A DNA stretch of 39,322 nucleotides from an uncultured Candidatus Bathyarchaeia archaeon (GTDB taxonomy: Archaea > Thermoproteota > Bathyarchaeia > TCS64): positions 4,897 to 44,218 of the forward strand of contig CAZVMI010000002.1 of NCBI GenBank assembly GCA_964628365.1, given 5' to 3'. Below are positions 15,060 to 24,098 of this stretch, one piece after another; position 1 is the stretch's first letter, and each line of letters begins with the position of its first letter. The position numbers and the translations under genes were made by a program. Under the pieces are notes generated by a model that was not told the origin of the DNA, searched no databases, and saw only the letters and a program-made list of their open reading frames with translations.

Positions 15060-16277
15060 CTATTTCTTGGGCTTCACCCTCGGCTGGGTCATGATCTTGA
15101 CCACGTCCCTGTGCCTGAGGCGATAGTCCTTCGGCAGACGCATCCCAGTCTTGGCATCTATGGCGAGGACATAGTTCTCGGCCAGCCTGGTATGCACCTC
15201 CTTGGCGAGGTCCATCGGCGTCGCGCCATCGGGCATCAGGTGGACGTGTGGCAGCACATTCCCGTGGGTGTCAGCGTAGCCGAACTCGTCAGCGACAGGG
15301 TAGACCATGTTCGTCTTGAGGAGCTTGAAGACCATGGTGTTGAGGGCCTGCTGTATCCCGGTCCTCATCCACTTCGCGAAGACCCTCTGCTCCACGTAGT
15401 CGAGGGCCCTCCTCTGCTCGGGCGTCAGTTTCGCCCCATCCAAAATCTTGAACTTCTCGTAACCCGGCGTGTACTGGAGCAGCCCAAGCCTCTCAGCCCT
15501 CCTAAGCGCCAGCTCCGCCTCGGCGGAGCACGCCAGCACGAGCCTCTCGCTGAAGTAGTCTGTGAGCATGTTGAAGTTCTCCTCGGCTGAGTGGATATCC
15601 ATCTTGTTGGCGATGATCATTATCGGCTTTATCGCGGGGAGGAGGTCGGCGGCGAACCGCATCGTCCTCTCCTTCCCCCACCTCTCGAATGGCCTATTCC
15701 CAAGCCCCGACCTCTCCAAGGCCTCGGTGACCTGTGCTGGCCTCGCCTTCACACCGGAGAGGGTCTGGGACATCGCCTCGGCGAGAGACGTCTCGGAGGC
15801 CTCCTTCTCGATGAGAGGCTTGTTATGCATAATTATCTCGGCTAGCCACCTCTCCATCTCCATCTCTATGTCGAGGACGTCCTGGACGGGGTTGCCCGAC
15901 CCCGGTTGGGCTATCTTTCCCTCGGCGTCCACGGAGCCCGAGGCGTCGACGACGTGGATTATGCCGTCCGCCTGACCGATGACGGAGAGGAACCTGTTGC
16001 CGAGGCCCCTCCCCATCCAGGCGTCCTTTATGAGACCTGGGACGTCGAGCATCTTGACCGGGCTGTACCTCCAGCCGTCTATGCAGGCTGAGTCCTGCGG
16101 GTTGTCCTTGACGCCGAGCTCGTTGCAGACGCAGATGTCACTGACGTAGGCGGTGCCTGCGTTAGGCTCTTTGGTGGTGAAGGGGTAGTTGGAGATCTCG
16201 GCGTTCAGGAGGGTAGCCGCGTTGAAGAGCGTCGTCTTGCCGACGTTCGTCTTCCCGACGATGGCTATGGTCAGCAC
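15060..16277 (-). CDS. Obg-family P-loop GTPase/ATPase, YchF/OLA1-related, with a C-terminal TGS-like domain
   Basis: G1 GKTNVGKT, G2 YPFTT, G3 DVPG followed by GRGLGNRFL (YchF-like), G4 NKMD. C-terminal RLRHRDVVKI is TGS-like. GTG start. Confidence 0.82.
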   Translation of the reverse strand: MLTIAIVGKTNVGKTTLFNAATLLNAEISNYPFTTKEPNAGTAYVSDICVCNELGVKDNPQDSACIDGWRYSPVKMLDVPGLIKDAWMGRGLGNRFLSVIGQADGIIHVVDASGSVDAEGKIAQPGSGNPVQDVLDIEMEMERWLAEIIMHNKPLIEKEASETSLAEAMSQTLSGVKARPAQVTEALERSGLGNRPFERWGKERTMRFAADLLPAIKPIMIIANKMDIHSAEENFNMLTDYFSERLVLACSAEAELALRRAERLGLLQYTPGYEKFKILDGAKLTPEQRRALDYVEQRVFAKWMRTGIQQALNTMVFKLLKTNMVYPVADEFGYADTHGNVLPHVHLMPDGATPMDLAKEVHTRLAENYVLAIDAKTGMRLPKDYRLRHRDVVKIMTQPRVKPKK

Positions 16278-16349
16278 AGGAATAACCCCAGATAGTATAG
16301 AGTAACGTAGTAATATGAGTTCTACGTTGTCGTGCGTTTTCCTTTAATT

Positions 16350-16400
16350 AAAAAAAGATCAGGCAGCGGTCTTCGCGCGCGGCGAGCTCTAGAAGGCCGC
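16350..16400 (-). terminator. Hairpin plus T7 tract downstream of the E1-like gene
   Basis: A 9-bp stem (16366-16374 GCGGTCTTC pairs with 16392-16400 GAAGGCCGC, one G-U pair) has a 17-nt loop. On the minus strand it is followed by TTTTTTT (A-run 16350-16356). Confidence 0.5.
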
Positions 16401-16430
16401 AATGAAAGGCCTACCCCGAAAACTCTTTTT

Positions 16431-17498
16431 TCAGCTCTTTTTCTCTTGCCCGGTCGAGGCTGTGTAAAATGAGACTGCTTCCTCCCTATTTTTGAGGCCC
16501 TCGATGATGCCCACGCCTGAGACGAGTATACTTCCCTTAAGTGACGGTTCACCGGAGAACGTAACGCCCATCTTCGCCTCGACGTCGAGCTTCAATCCCC
16601 TCTCCCTGAGCCTCCCAACGACCTCGCACAGGTTCAGCCTGACAGTCTCCTCTGGTGTGATGACGAAGACCCTCCTCCCATCTCTGCCGCAGATTTCCTC
16701 AATGAACTCCGTTGGCTTCGGTTCAGTCTTCCGGGCCCCGCAGACCGGGCACCCCCCAGCCCTGGCGAGGCTGATGGAGTCGAAGCTCAGGTCCTCGAGG
16801 TCGCAGAAGAGCAGTTTACCGGCAAGGTTAGGCTTCCTGCCGAGGATGATCCTCACGGCCTCCGAGACCTGGATGCTCGCTGTTATAGCGATTATTGAGG
16901 GGGTCACGCCGACTGTGGCGCATGTAGGGATGTTCGTGTCATCTAGGCCGCCCTGAAAGCACTCTAGGCACGGCGTCTCGCCGGGGATTATCGTCGAGGC
17001 GTTCCCCACGTGGGTTATCACGGCGCCATAGACGTAGGGCGTCCCGGTCTCGACGCATGCCCTGTTCAACGCGTACCTTGGCGCCATCCTGTCAAGGCCG
17101 TCCACGACGACATCGACACCCTCCAGAAGCCGCAGTGTATTGCCTGCGTTGAGGGACTCGGCTATTGGCTCAAGCTCGATGAAGGGGTTGACTTTGGCGA
17201 GCCTCATCGTCGCTGCCTCGACCTTTGGGTAGCCTACGACATCGAATCCGTAGAGCTGCTGCCTCTGGAGGTTGGAGACCTCGACGATGTCCCTATCTAC
17301 AAGCCTGAGGTGGCCGACGCCTAGGCTGGCGAGCTGGATGGAGAGCGGGCTCCCAAGGCCGCCGAGGCCGGCGACGAGGACCCTCGACTCCTTCAGCCTA
17401 AGCTGACCCTTCGACCCGATCTCATCCAGCACCATGTGGCGCGAGTAGTAGCTCAGCTCCAGCTCGCTGAACCTCGGCTTGCAATCCATGGTTAACAT
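16431..17498 (-). CDS. ThiF/MoeB/UbaA-type E1-like adenylyltransferase with an unassigned ~100-aa C-terminal domain
   Basis: YSRHMVL arginine-finger region, GLGGLGS nucleotide loop, DRDIVEVSNLQRQ, zinc pairs CLEC (177-180) and CPVC (250-253), catalytic-loop Cys in PTCATVGV. Residues 256-355 are neither rhodanese-like nor recognisable to me. Confidence 0.85.
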   Translation of the reverse strand: MLTMDCKPRFSELELSYYSRHMVLDEIGSKGQLRLKESRVLVAGLGGLGSPLSIQLASLGVGHLRLVDRDIVEVSNLQRQQLYGFDVVGYPKVEAATMRLAKVNPFIELEPIAESLNAGNTLRLLEGVDVVVDGLDRMAPRYALNRACVETGTPYVYGAVITHVGNASTIIPGETPCLECFQGGLDDTNIPTCATVGVTPSIIAITASIQVSEAVRIILGRKPNLAGKLLFCDLEDLSFDSISLARAGGCPVCGARKTEPKPTEFIEEICGRDGRRVFVITPEETVRLNLCEVVGRLRERGLKLDVEAKMGVTFSGEPSLKGSILVSGVGIIEGLKNREEAVSFYTASTGQEKKS

Positions 17499-17839
17499 AT
17501 CGCCATCTCGGGTTATATGAATTCTCGAAGAAGTTGACTCTCGGTGCGAACTCGGTTACATCAGGGGAAATATCCTAAATTTAGCGATTTTCTTTATCTG
17601 GTCTTAATTCAGCCGACCAGCCAATATTACATGTAAATGTTAAATAATAGTCTCTATGACATATGAACTTAATTAATATTGATATATAGATCAGTGGATC
17701 GATTCGGAGAGAGGCTAGAATATTAAATATTGAGCAGAATTAAGGCTCCGATTGACTGTTTTTGTAAAGGTTCATTCTAAAAATCATTAAATTACCCAAC
17801 AGAGATTCTTTTAGTCAATAGATTATGTGAGGGGTCGTT

Positions 17840-19159
17840 ATGCAGGTAGATGAGTCGCCCGAGGTCGTGAACTGTCCCAACTGCAAGGAGGGTGTCCCTA
17901 AGACCCTCTACTGCCTGAACTGTGGTTACCCGCTCTACAAGACCGAGCAGGGGAAAGAGGATGATCCCGAGGAGCCCGCAGAAGCCAAGGCCCCGGAGGA
18001 GGTTGAGCCGCTAAGCGAGGAAAAACCCGCCGTGGAGGCCGCCACCGAGGCGACTCCGACCGAGGTCGAGGCGGAGAAGCCCGCGATCGTCGAGGAGGCC
18101 GAGGCGAAGGAGCTGTCGGTTGACGCTGTTCAGCCCGTTGAGGTCTCTGAGGAGGTAGAGGTCGAGATAGAGGCCGAGGAGGAGGCGCCTAAAGCTCAGG
18201 AGGCCCCGCCGGCTGAGGAGTTGCCCATAATCGAGGTCGAGACCGCTGCCCCGGAGGATCCGCAAGCGCCGTCTGAGTCCGAGGCGGCTCCCGTCGTCGA
18301 GGTCGCAGAGGTGAAGCCCGTCGAGGATGTGGTGATTGAGGGAGCGGCCGAGAAGGTCGAGGCTGAGGCGCCGAGCGAGGTTAAGGTGGAGGCCGAGGCC
18401 GTGCCCGAGGAGCCCGCCCCGCCTACCCCGTCATCGGAGGTAGTCGTGGAGGAGCCTAAAGCCGAGCCGGTCGTGGTGGAAGTGCCCCTGGTGGAGACGC
18501 CGCTCGCGCCCGAGCCAATTGATGTGACCGATGAAGCAATAAGCGCGGAGCCTTCCCCTGATCTAGTAAAGGAGGCCGTTGAGGTGAGCGCGGAGGCGGT
18601 CAAGCCAGTTGAGACGGTCACGTACACGCCTAACCCCCTGACAAAGGAGGTCATGATGAGCCTCGCCAAGAGCCTCGCCACGGAGATCAAGCTCGTGAGG
18701 CTCTTCCGCGATGGGAGGATGAAGGAGGAGACCTTCGCCAGGCTCTTCGAGAAGTACGCGGATGAGGCGAAGCTCTGGATCGACAAACGCGAGGAGATGA
18801 TGGCCAAGCTCGCCGCCGAGATCGACGGTATGCAGGAGACCTACGATAAGTCAACAGGTGAGCTTGAGCTCCTTGAGATCAGGAAGTTCATAGGCGATGC
18901 CTCAGAGGAGGAGTACGCCGCGAAGGCGCCAGGCTACACGTGGGACGTTGAATATTTGGATGCGGAGATCGCCGGCAACAGGAACGAGATCGCCTACCTA
19001 GAGGACATAGGGAACATGATGCCCTCCGAGGAATTCGCAGCGCTCAGGGAGATGGCTGGCCTCCAGTACAACACCCTCGACGCTATTCAGGTGGAGGACG
19101 AGGAGCTCCTCGCCGGGATAAAGGACTGCCTCTACAAGGCGATAAACGTCCTCGGCTGA
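17840..19159 (+). CDS. Zinc-ribbon protein with a ~225-aa acidic E/A/P/V-rich disordered segment and a ~175-aa helical C-terminal domain
   Basis: CPNCKEGVPKTLYCLNCGYPLY zinc ribbon at the N-terminus, then a long low-complexity acidic region. The helical C-terminus has two SHOCT-like stretches (LFRDGRMKEETFARLFEKY, IRKFIGDASEEEYAAK). ATG preceded by GAGGGG. Confidence 0.7.
   Translation: MQVDESPEVVNCPNCKEGVPKTLYCLNCGYPLYKTEQGKEDDPEEPAEAKAPEEVEPLSEEKPAVEAATEATPTEVEAEKPAIVEEAEAKELSVDAVQPVEVSEEVEVEIEAEEEAPKAQEAPPAEELPIIEVETAAPEDPQAPSESEAAPVVEVAEVKPVEDVVIEGAAEKVEAEAPSEVKVEAEAVPEEPAPPTPSSEVVVEEPKAEPVVVEVPLVETPLAPEPIDVTDEAISAEPSPDLVKEAVEVSAEAVKPVETVTYTPNPLTKEVMMSLAKSLATEIKLVRLFRDGRMKEETFARLFEKYADEAKLWIDKREEMMAKLAAEIDGMQETYDKSTGELELLEIRKFIGDASEEEYAAKAPGYTWDVEYLDAEIAGNRNEIAYLEDIGNMMPSEEFAALREMAGLQYNTLDAIQVEDEELLAGIKDCLYKAINVLG
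17945..18620 (+). repeat. Degenerate GAG/GTC/GCC-rich coding repeats that encode the acidic low-complexity segment
   Basis: GTCGAGG / GAGGCNGAG units recur many times (e.g. gaggtcgaggcggag, gaggtagaggtcgagatagaggccgag, gaggtcgagaccgct, gaggtcgcagaggtg). No fixed period is visible by eye. Confidence 0.6.
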
Positions 19160-19168
19160 GCCTCCCCC

Positions 19169-20767
19169 TCATTTCCTAACCAGCTTCTCGAGGATATTCA
19201 GTACTAGGTTGACGAAGGGCTCGAGGGGCTTTATCGCCGAGCCGATGCTTCTGATGTTCCTGATATCCTCTCTGTCTATCGTCTCTGTAAGTGGTAGCAG
19301 AAGGAGGAACAGGACTACGATGAGGAACCCACCTACGAAGAACTCGTAGAGATATCTCAGACCCAGGAGGCTGAGAATTATCCGGGTAATTGCCCATGTG
19401 CAGAGAGATACAAATAGGATCTTGACGGAGGAGAGCCAGTCCACGGTGAAGCCGAAGTTCCTCTTTATCCACCACAAGCCGTAGAAGAGCCCTGGCTTCG
19501 ACGCCAGCAGTTGGATGATGAGAAGCCCAAGGACGCCGTATGTCGGGATGAGGACGAAGCACAGGGGTAGGCCGATGATGAGGGCCGACAGGGTCATCCG
19601 GAGGTTGATGTCCGTCCTACCCTGGCTATTCAGGAGGTTAGAAAGGCTGATCGCGCCCACGGCGTTGAAGATGAAATTCAGGGTGTATATCCAGAGGAAC
19701 TGCGACGCGTACGAGAAGCCGTGGACGTAGACAATCCTGATGATCTGGTCGGAGAGCGTTACAAGCACGGTCACTATTGGCATCGTGATGAGGGCGGCGT
19801 ACTTGACGGTGCTCTGGAAGACTATCTTGAGAGAGTCATCCTTCCGGAAGTTGAGCTTCGAGAATAGTGGGAAGAGAGCCGTCGCTATCGGTTGCGTCAG
19901 GAAGCTTATCAGGACGCCGAAGTTCGTTGCGGCGTTATAGTTCCCCATGAGGTCACTTGAGACGTACAGGGCTAAGAGGAAGTTGTTCAACTGCCCTAGC
20001 CCGCCGGATAGGAATGTTGAGAAGAAGAGGGGGTAACCGTAGATCAGCATAGTCCTCCCAGTTCCGAGCAGGCTCTCCCCACCATCCTTGTTCAGCCTAC
20101 TGACGAGTAGAAACATAACGAGGAAGACGCCGAGAGAGCCCGCGACTATATAGGGTAAGGTCAACCCGATGATCGCCCCTACCGGACCATAACCGAGCCA
20201 GATGAGGACCGGGCCTATCAGCGTCTTGAGCGTGGCGAAGAGTATTGTGGTGTAGCTCTGGAGTTCCATTCTTTCGAAGCCCGTGAAAATCGACTGGGCC
20301 GTCGACAGCATGCTCTGGGCAAGGATGTTCACCGAGCCGATCTTGATGAGGAGGTCAAGGTCGGGCTGGTTGAATATGCCAGCTAGGAGACCCGAAAGGG
20401 CGTATACGATCACAGAGAGGAGGACGCCGATGGAGGCGTTTATAAGGAGGCCCGCCCTGATGTAACTCTTCAGGGCGTCGTAGTTCTCCTCATGCCTGAA
20501 CTGAGAAAGGTAGCGGACGAGGGCGGAGTTGACGCCGAGGTCGCTGAAGAGGAGAGCGATGTTGATCGGAATCATCGCCACTGCGACCTGTCCGTAGTTC
20601 GTCGAGCCCAGAAATCTGGCGATGACGATGACGCCGACGGCTGAAATAAGGGTCGAGATGAATTGGCCGAGGATCAGTATGAAGCTTCCCTTGGCAGACT
20701 TCTGCACGAGCCTTGAGAGATCTTTATTCAGCCGGCCAGCCACCTTTATTTGTCTTCTAGTCTCCAC
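19169..20767 (-). CDS. Wzx/RfbX-like oligosaccharide flippase (MOP superfamily polysaccharide biosynthesis protein)
   Basis: 532 aa with about 14 predicted TM helices. The N-terminal KSAKGSFILILGQFISTLISAVGVIVIARFLG...YGQVAVAM pattern is typical of the Polysacc_synt family. GTG start. Confidence 0.8.
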   Translation of the reverse strand: METRRQIKVAGRLNKDLSRLVQKSAKGSFILILGQFISTLISAVGVIVIARFLGSTNYGQVAVAMIPINIALLFSDLGVNSALVRYLSQFRHEENYDALKSYIRAGLLINASIGVLLSVIVYALSGLLAGIFNQPDLDLLIKIGSVNILAQSMLSTAQSIFTGFERMELQSYTTILFATLKTLIGPVLIWLGYGPVGAIIGLTLPYIVAGSLGVFLVMFLLVSRLNKDGGESLLGTGRTMLIYGYPLFFSTFLSGGLGQLNNFLLALYVSSDLMGNYNAATNFGVLISFLTQPIATALFPLFSKLNFRKDDSLKIVFQSTVKYAALITMPIVTVLVTLSDQIIRIVYVHGFSYASQFLWIYTLNFIFNAVGAISLSNLLNSQGRTDINLRMTLSALIIGLPLCFVLIPTYGVLGLLIIQLLASKPGLFYGLWWIKRNFGFTVDWLSSVKILFVSLCTWAITRIILSLLGLRYLYEFFVGGFLIVVLFLLLLPLTETIDREDIRNIRSIGSAIKPLEPFVNLVLNILEKLVRK

Positions 20768-20805
20768 GGAATCCTTTTATCGGTTTCGCATAACCCTTAA
20801 CGGCT

Positions 20806-21966
20806 TTAGCTCACCTGCTCCCCACCCGAGGAAGGCCTCCTGGTGTGGGTCATGTAGATGAAGATTGCCGCGACGAGTGACATGCCGGCTATAGTCGCGA
20901 ACATGTAGAAGGGCCGGGGAGGCTCACCGCTGCCGAGGATCGATGTCGCCATGAACGGGCCGATGGCCATGCCGAGGAAGCGGGCTGAGTTAAGGAAGCC
21001 CATCCCCGTACCCCTCCTGCCCGATTTGCCGCCGAGGAGGTTCGGCGGGATCCCGGCCTGCATAGCTCCAATTAGGATCCTTAGGACGATGAACTGGACG
21101 GGATTAACGACGAAGGCGGTCGCCATAATAGCCACCCCAGCGCCCACGGAAAGGATCGGCAGCGACCTATCTGTAATTACCTTTGTCAGGAGAGGAGTCG
21201 CAACCGCGTAGGCGAGGCCGTTAAGGACAGTGGCCACTGTAGTGTAGAGTAGTAACTGCTCGTATGGGATGCCCAATGACTCGAGGAACCAGGAGATCGT
21301 GGGAGCGATGAAGCTGATGCAGATGTAGATCAGGACAAGGGCGAGCACGTCTGGTAGAATCGACTTGAAGTCCTCGAAGGTGAAGCGCCTCGCATCGCTC
21401 CTCTTCGCCTCAGGTGGCGGCATACTCAGTATGGAAACGACTGGGATTATGCAGACGAAGAGAATAGCTGACGAGGCGAAGGTAATCCTATACCCTGCGA
21501 ATGAGGCCATCACCCCACCTATTCCTGGGGCGACAAGGCTGCCCATCGTCATCGCCACCATCTGGTAACTTAGGGCCTTCTTCAGGTCCTTCGCCGGCAC
21601 CACTGAAGCGACGAGGGCGAACATCACAGTGCTCAGTCCGCCGAAGGTGCCCTGGAGGCCCCTGAAGAGGATTATGTGGATGATATCCGCTGAGAGGGCC
21701 ATGCCGGCGTAGACGATGATGTTCCCGACGATAACGAGGAGCATGATCTTCTTCACACCGACCCTGTCACACATCCAGCCCCAGAATGGAGCGGTCAATG
21801 CCAACAGGCTCGAGGACACTAACGCGGCGATCCCCGTCCAGTAAGTCGCATCTATGAGTGAGAAGCCGAGGTCGCTGCTGATGAAGAGAGGCATGAAGCC
21901 GCCCATCAAGTTGAAGGCGATTGATACCAAGAACTGCACCAGGAGGGCGGCGGTGGCCATATTCAT
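20806..21966 (-). CDS. MFS transporter
   Basis: About 12 TM helices. MFS motif A between TM2 and TM3 (FWGWMCDRVGVKK). ATG 21966 is preferred over the TTG at 22002. Confidence 0.8.
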   Translation of the reverse strand: MNMATAALLVQFLVSIAFNLMGGFMPLFISSDLGFSLIDATYWTGIAALVSSSLLALTAPFWGWMCDRVGVKKIMLLVIVGNIIVYAGMALSADIIHIILFRGLQGTFGGLSTVMFALVASVVPAKDLKKALSYQMVAMTMGSLVAPGIGGVMASFAGYRITFASSAILFVCIIPVVSILSMPPPEAKRSDARRFTFEDFKSILPDVLALVLIYICISFIAPTISWFLESLGIPYEQLLLYTTVATVLNGLAYAVATPLLTKVITDRSLPILSVGAGVAIMATAFVVNPVQFIVLRILIGAMQAGIPPNLLGGKSGRRGTGMGFLNSARFLGMAIGPFMATSILGSGEPPRPFYMFATIAGMSLVAAIFIYMTHTRRPSSGGEQVS

Positions 21967-22210
21967 CCTTCTCAGGGCTTTGGGGGCTTCACTCAGGTCC
22001 AATAAGTTGCATCTCTTCGAAGAATGCCATTCTCCGGGTTAGGATTCCCATAAGGCTTCAATCAAATTTAAAGATGATGTTATTCGAATTTTCGACGAGA
22101 GGATGAGTTGCCGCGCATCAATTATACCTTTAATAAATGGCTATATCAAATAGGTAGCCCAACATTGAGGCAATATTTTCTTTATATGATGGAGGGAAAA
22201 GTAGGTAGCC

Positions 22211-22303
22211 ATGTGCGGTATTGTGGCTTTAGTAGCGCTTGACGATGCGTTCAGGCCATTTAATCAGATCGCGCGCGCTACGACCTTCTTCTCTGGAGAA
22301 TAG
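22211..22303 (+). pseudogene. Possible 5' remnant of a class-II (Ntn) glutamine amidotransferase gene (AsnB/GlmS-like)
   Basis: A hand-translated 30-codon ORF, MCGIVALVALDDAFRPFNQIARATTFFSGE*, starts with the MCGI nucleophile-Cys signature of class-II GATases and then ends at TAG. Only ~90 nt remain before the next gene. Confidence 0.3.
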
Positions 22304-22393
22304 TATGTTTCGGGGCATGGGTCAAGAGGTTCAACGTCGACGTGCAATAGAAACCCTTTCAACGCCTCAGTCCAAGTATGAGGATGACCCAAG

Positions 22394-22876
22394 TTGTCTG
22401 AGGCCGTCAAGCACATAGGCAAGAACGTCAAGCTAGGGAAGAACGTCAGGCTCTGGCATTTCACCTACGTCGGCGACAACACCGAGATCGGCGACGAGAC
22501 CAAGATCGGTTCACTGGCTCACATCGACTATAACGTGAAGATCGGGAAGAGATGCAAGATAGAGGGGATGGTTTACATACCGCCTTTAACGGTCATCGGT
22601 GACGATGTCTTCGTGGGCCCGGGCGTCATCCTCACCAACGACCCGTTCCCCATGTCGACCAAGATGGTCGGAGTCAAGGTCGAGGACGGGGCAATTATCT
22701 GCGCGGGCGCGATGCTCAAGGCCGGCGTCACGGTAGGCCGAAAAGCCGTCGTCGGGTTCGGCTCCGTGGTCACGAGGGACGTTCCACCCGAGACCGTCGT
22801 CTATGGCAATCCTGCTAATGTCCAGTATAGTCTAGAGGAGTACCTAGAAAAGAAGCGTCGCTGGGATCAGGGATAG
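22394..22876 (+). CDS. Hexapeptide-repeat (left-handed beta-helix) acyl/acetyltransferase
   Basis: Repeated [LIV]-G-x-x-x-x units (IGKNVKLGKNVRL, VGDNTEIGDETKIGS, IGKRCKIEG, IGDDVFVGPGVIL, ICAGAMLKAGVTVGRKAVVGFGSVV). TTG start. Confidence 0.8.
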   Translation: MSEAVKHIGKNVKLGKNVRLWHFTYVGDNTEIGDETKIGSLAHIDYNVKIGKRCKIEGMVYIPPLTVIGDDVFVGPGVILTNDPFPMSTKMVGVKVEDGAIICAGAMLKAGVTVGRKAVVGFGSVVTRDVPPETVVYGNPANVQYSLEEYLEKKRRWDQG

Positions 22877-22907
22877 AAGACGTTTTATATAGCTCAGGGA
22901 GGAGATT

Positions 22908-23954
22908 TTACTCCTCTTCCTCGGCCATCACCCTCTCAACTAGAGCTCCGATCTCCATTTTCGATAAGATTGGGGCGTTGTCGGTGTTGAGCGCATCTAA
23001 CTTGCCCCCATTGAACTCCGCGTTCTGGTAATTGTCGTCTATGTTGTAGAGGGGTATCACGGCGTAGTAGTCCCCCAAGTCCAAGGCGTACCTGGACTCG
23101 TACTTGGTCATAAGCTCTTCGTCGAGCTTCTCGCCCGCCCTCTCACCCACGGTCTCAACCTTGATCTTCTTTGGATCGTAGCCATACTGGGGCGCGAGCC
23201 TCTTCACCATTACCTCGGCCAGGTCGCTTATCCTGAGGGTGGGCATCTTCAGGATGAAGACCTCGCCGCCCTTAGAGATGACCGAGGAGTCGAGGATTAG
23301 CTGGACGGCCTCAGAGATGAGCATGACGAACCTCCGCATATCCAGAGAGGTCAACGTGATGGGGCCGCCCGACGCTACCTGGGACTTGAATATCTCGAAG
23401 ACCGAGCCCCTCGAGTTGAGGACGTTGCCGAAGCGGACGCAGCTAAACTTGGTCCTATTGCCGCCCTTGTAGTAGTTGGCGGCTATCGTCAGCTTCTCCC
23501 CAAGGAGCTTCGTTGCCCCCATGGTGTTTATGGGCGAGACCGCCTTGTCTGTGCTGATCATGACGAATTTCTCGACGTTCTCCTCCAGAGAGGCCTCGAT
23601 GGTGTTCTGGGTGCCCTCCACGTTGGTCTTGATCGCCTCGAATGGGTTGTACTCGCAGAGAGAGACGTGCTTCAGGGCGGCGGCATGGAAGACGACGTCG
23701 ATGCCCTTCAAGGCGTAGAGGAGCCTGGTCTTGTCCCTGACGTCGCCTATCAGGAACCTAAGCCTGGCGTCGTCTCCGTACCTCTGCTGGAGGTTAAATA
23801 GGCTGTACTCGTTGTTGTCGTAGACCCTTACGACGTTCACGTCGAAGCCGAGAAGTTTCTCGACGATCGCGCTCCCGACGGTCCCGCATCCACCGGTGAT
23901 AAGGATGTTTTTACCCCTATAATACTCAGATAATGCTTTTTTCGAGCCTGGCAA
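22908..23954 (-). CDS. UDP-GlcNAc 4,6-dehydratase, Polysacc_synt_2 family (PseB/FlaA1/PglF/CapD-like, short soluble form)
   Basis: GKNILITGGCGTVGS Rossmann loop, HAAALKHV..EYNP.EAIKTNV.G, STDKAV.PIN.MGATK, RFGNVLNSRGSV and MRRF, matching FlaA1/PseB-type enzymes from memory. TTG start. Confidence 0.85.
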   Translation of the reverse strand: MPGSKKALSEYYRGKNILITGGCGTVGSAIVEKLLGFDVNVVRVYDNNEYSLFNLQQRYGDDARLRFLIGDVRDKTRLLYALKGIDVVFHAAALKHVSLCEYNPFEAIKTNVEGTQNTIEASLEENVEKFVMISTDKAVSPINTMGATKLLGEKLTIAANYYKGGNRTKFSCVRFGNVLNSRGSVFEIFKSQVASGGPITLTSLDMRRFVMLISEAVQLILDSSVISKGGEVFILKMPTLRISDLAEVMVKRLAPQYGYDPKKIKVETVGERAGEKLDEELMTKYESRYALDLGDYYAVIPLYNIDDNYQNAEFNGGKLDALNTDNAPILSKMEIGALVERVMAEEEE

Positions 23955-24098
23955 GGCGAGAACACTCTTCTCAGTAAAGGAGGCTGATGTTGATTAATTA
24001 AAATTATTCTTCGGTTCAGAATTCAAAAACGTGATCCCTCATCTCTATGCAATTTATGTTGTCTTTGAGTCAAGAATAAGTTATTAAAGAAAAATGCA

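Noticed and set aside
17692-17698. CAGTGGA, resembling the core of archaeal origin-recognition-box (mini-ORB) elements, inside a 340-nt AT-rich intergenic region.
   Set aside because: There is only one copy, no inverted partner, and no orc1/cdc6 gene nearby. The AT-rich region is adequately explained as a divergent promoter region.
17945-18620. Repetitive GAG/GTC-rich DNA that could suggest a CRISPR-like or tandem-repeat array.
   Set aside because: It lies inside a single long ORF with a continuous frame. The repeats are degenerate, with no fixed period or unique spacers. It encodes an acidic low-complexity protein segment.
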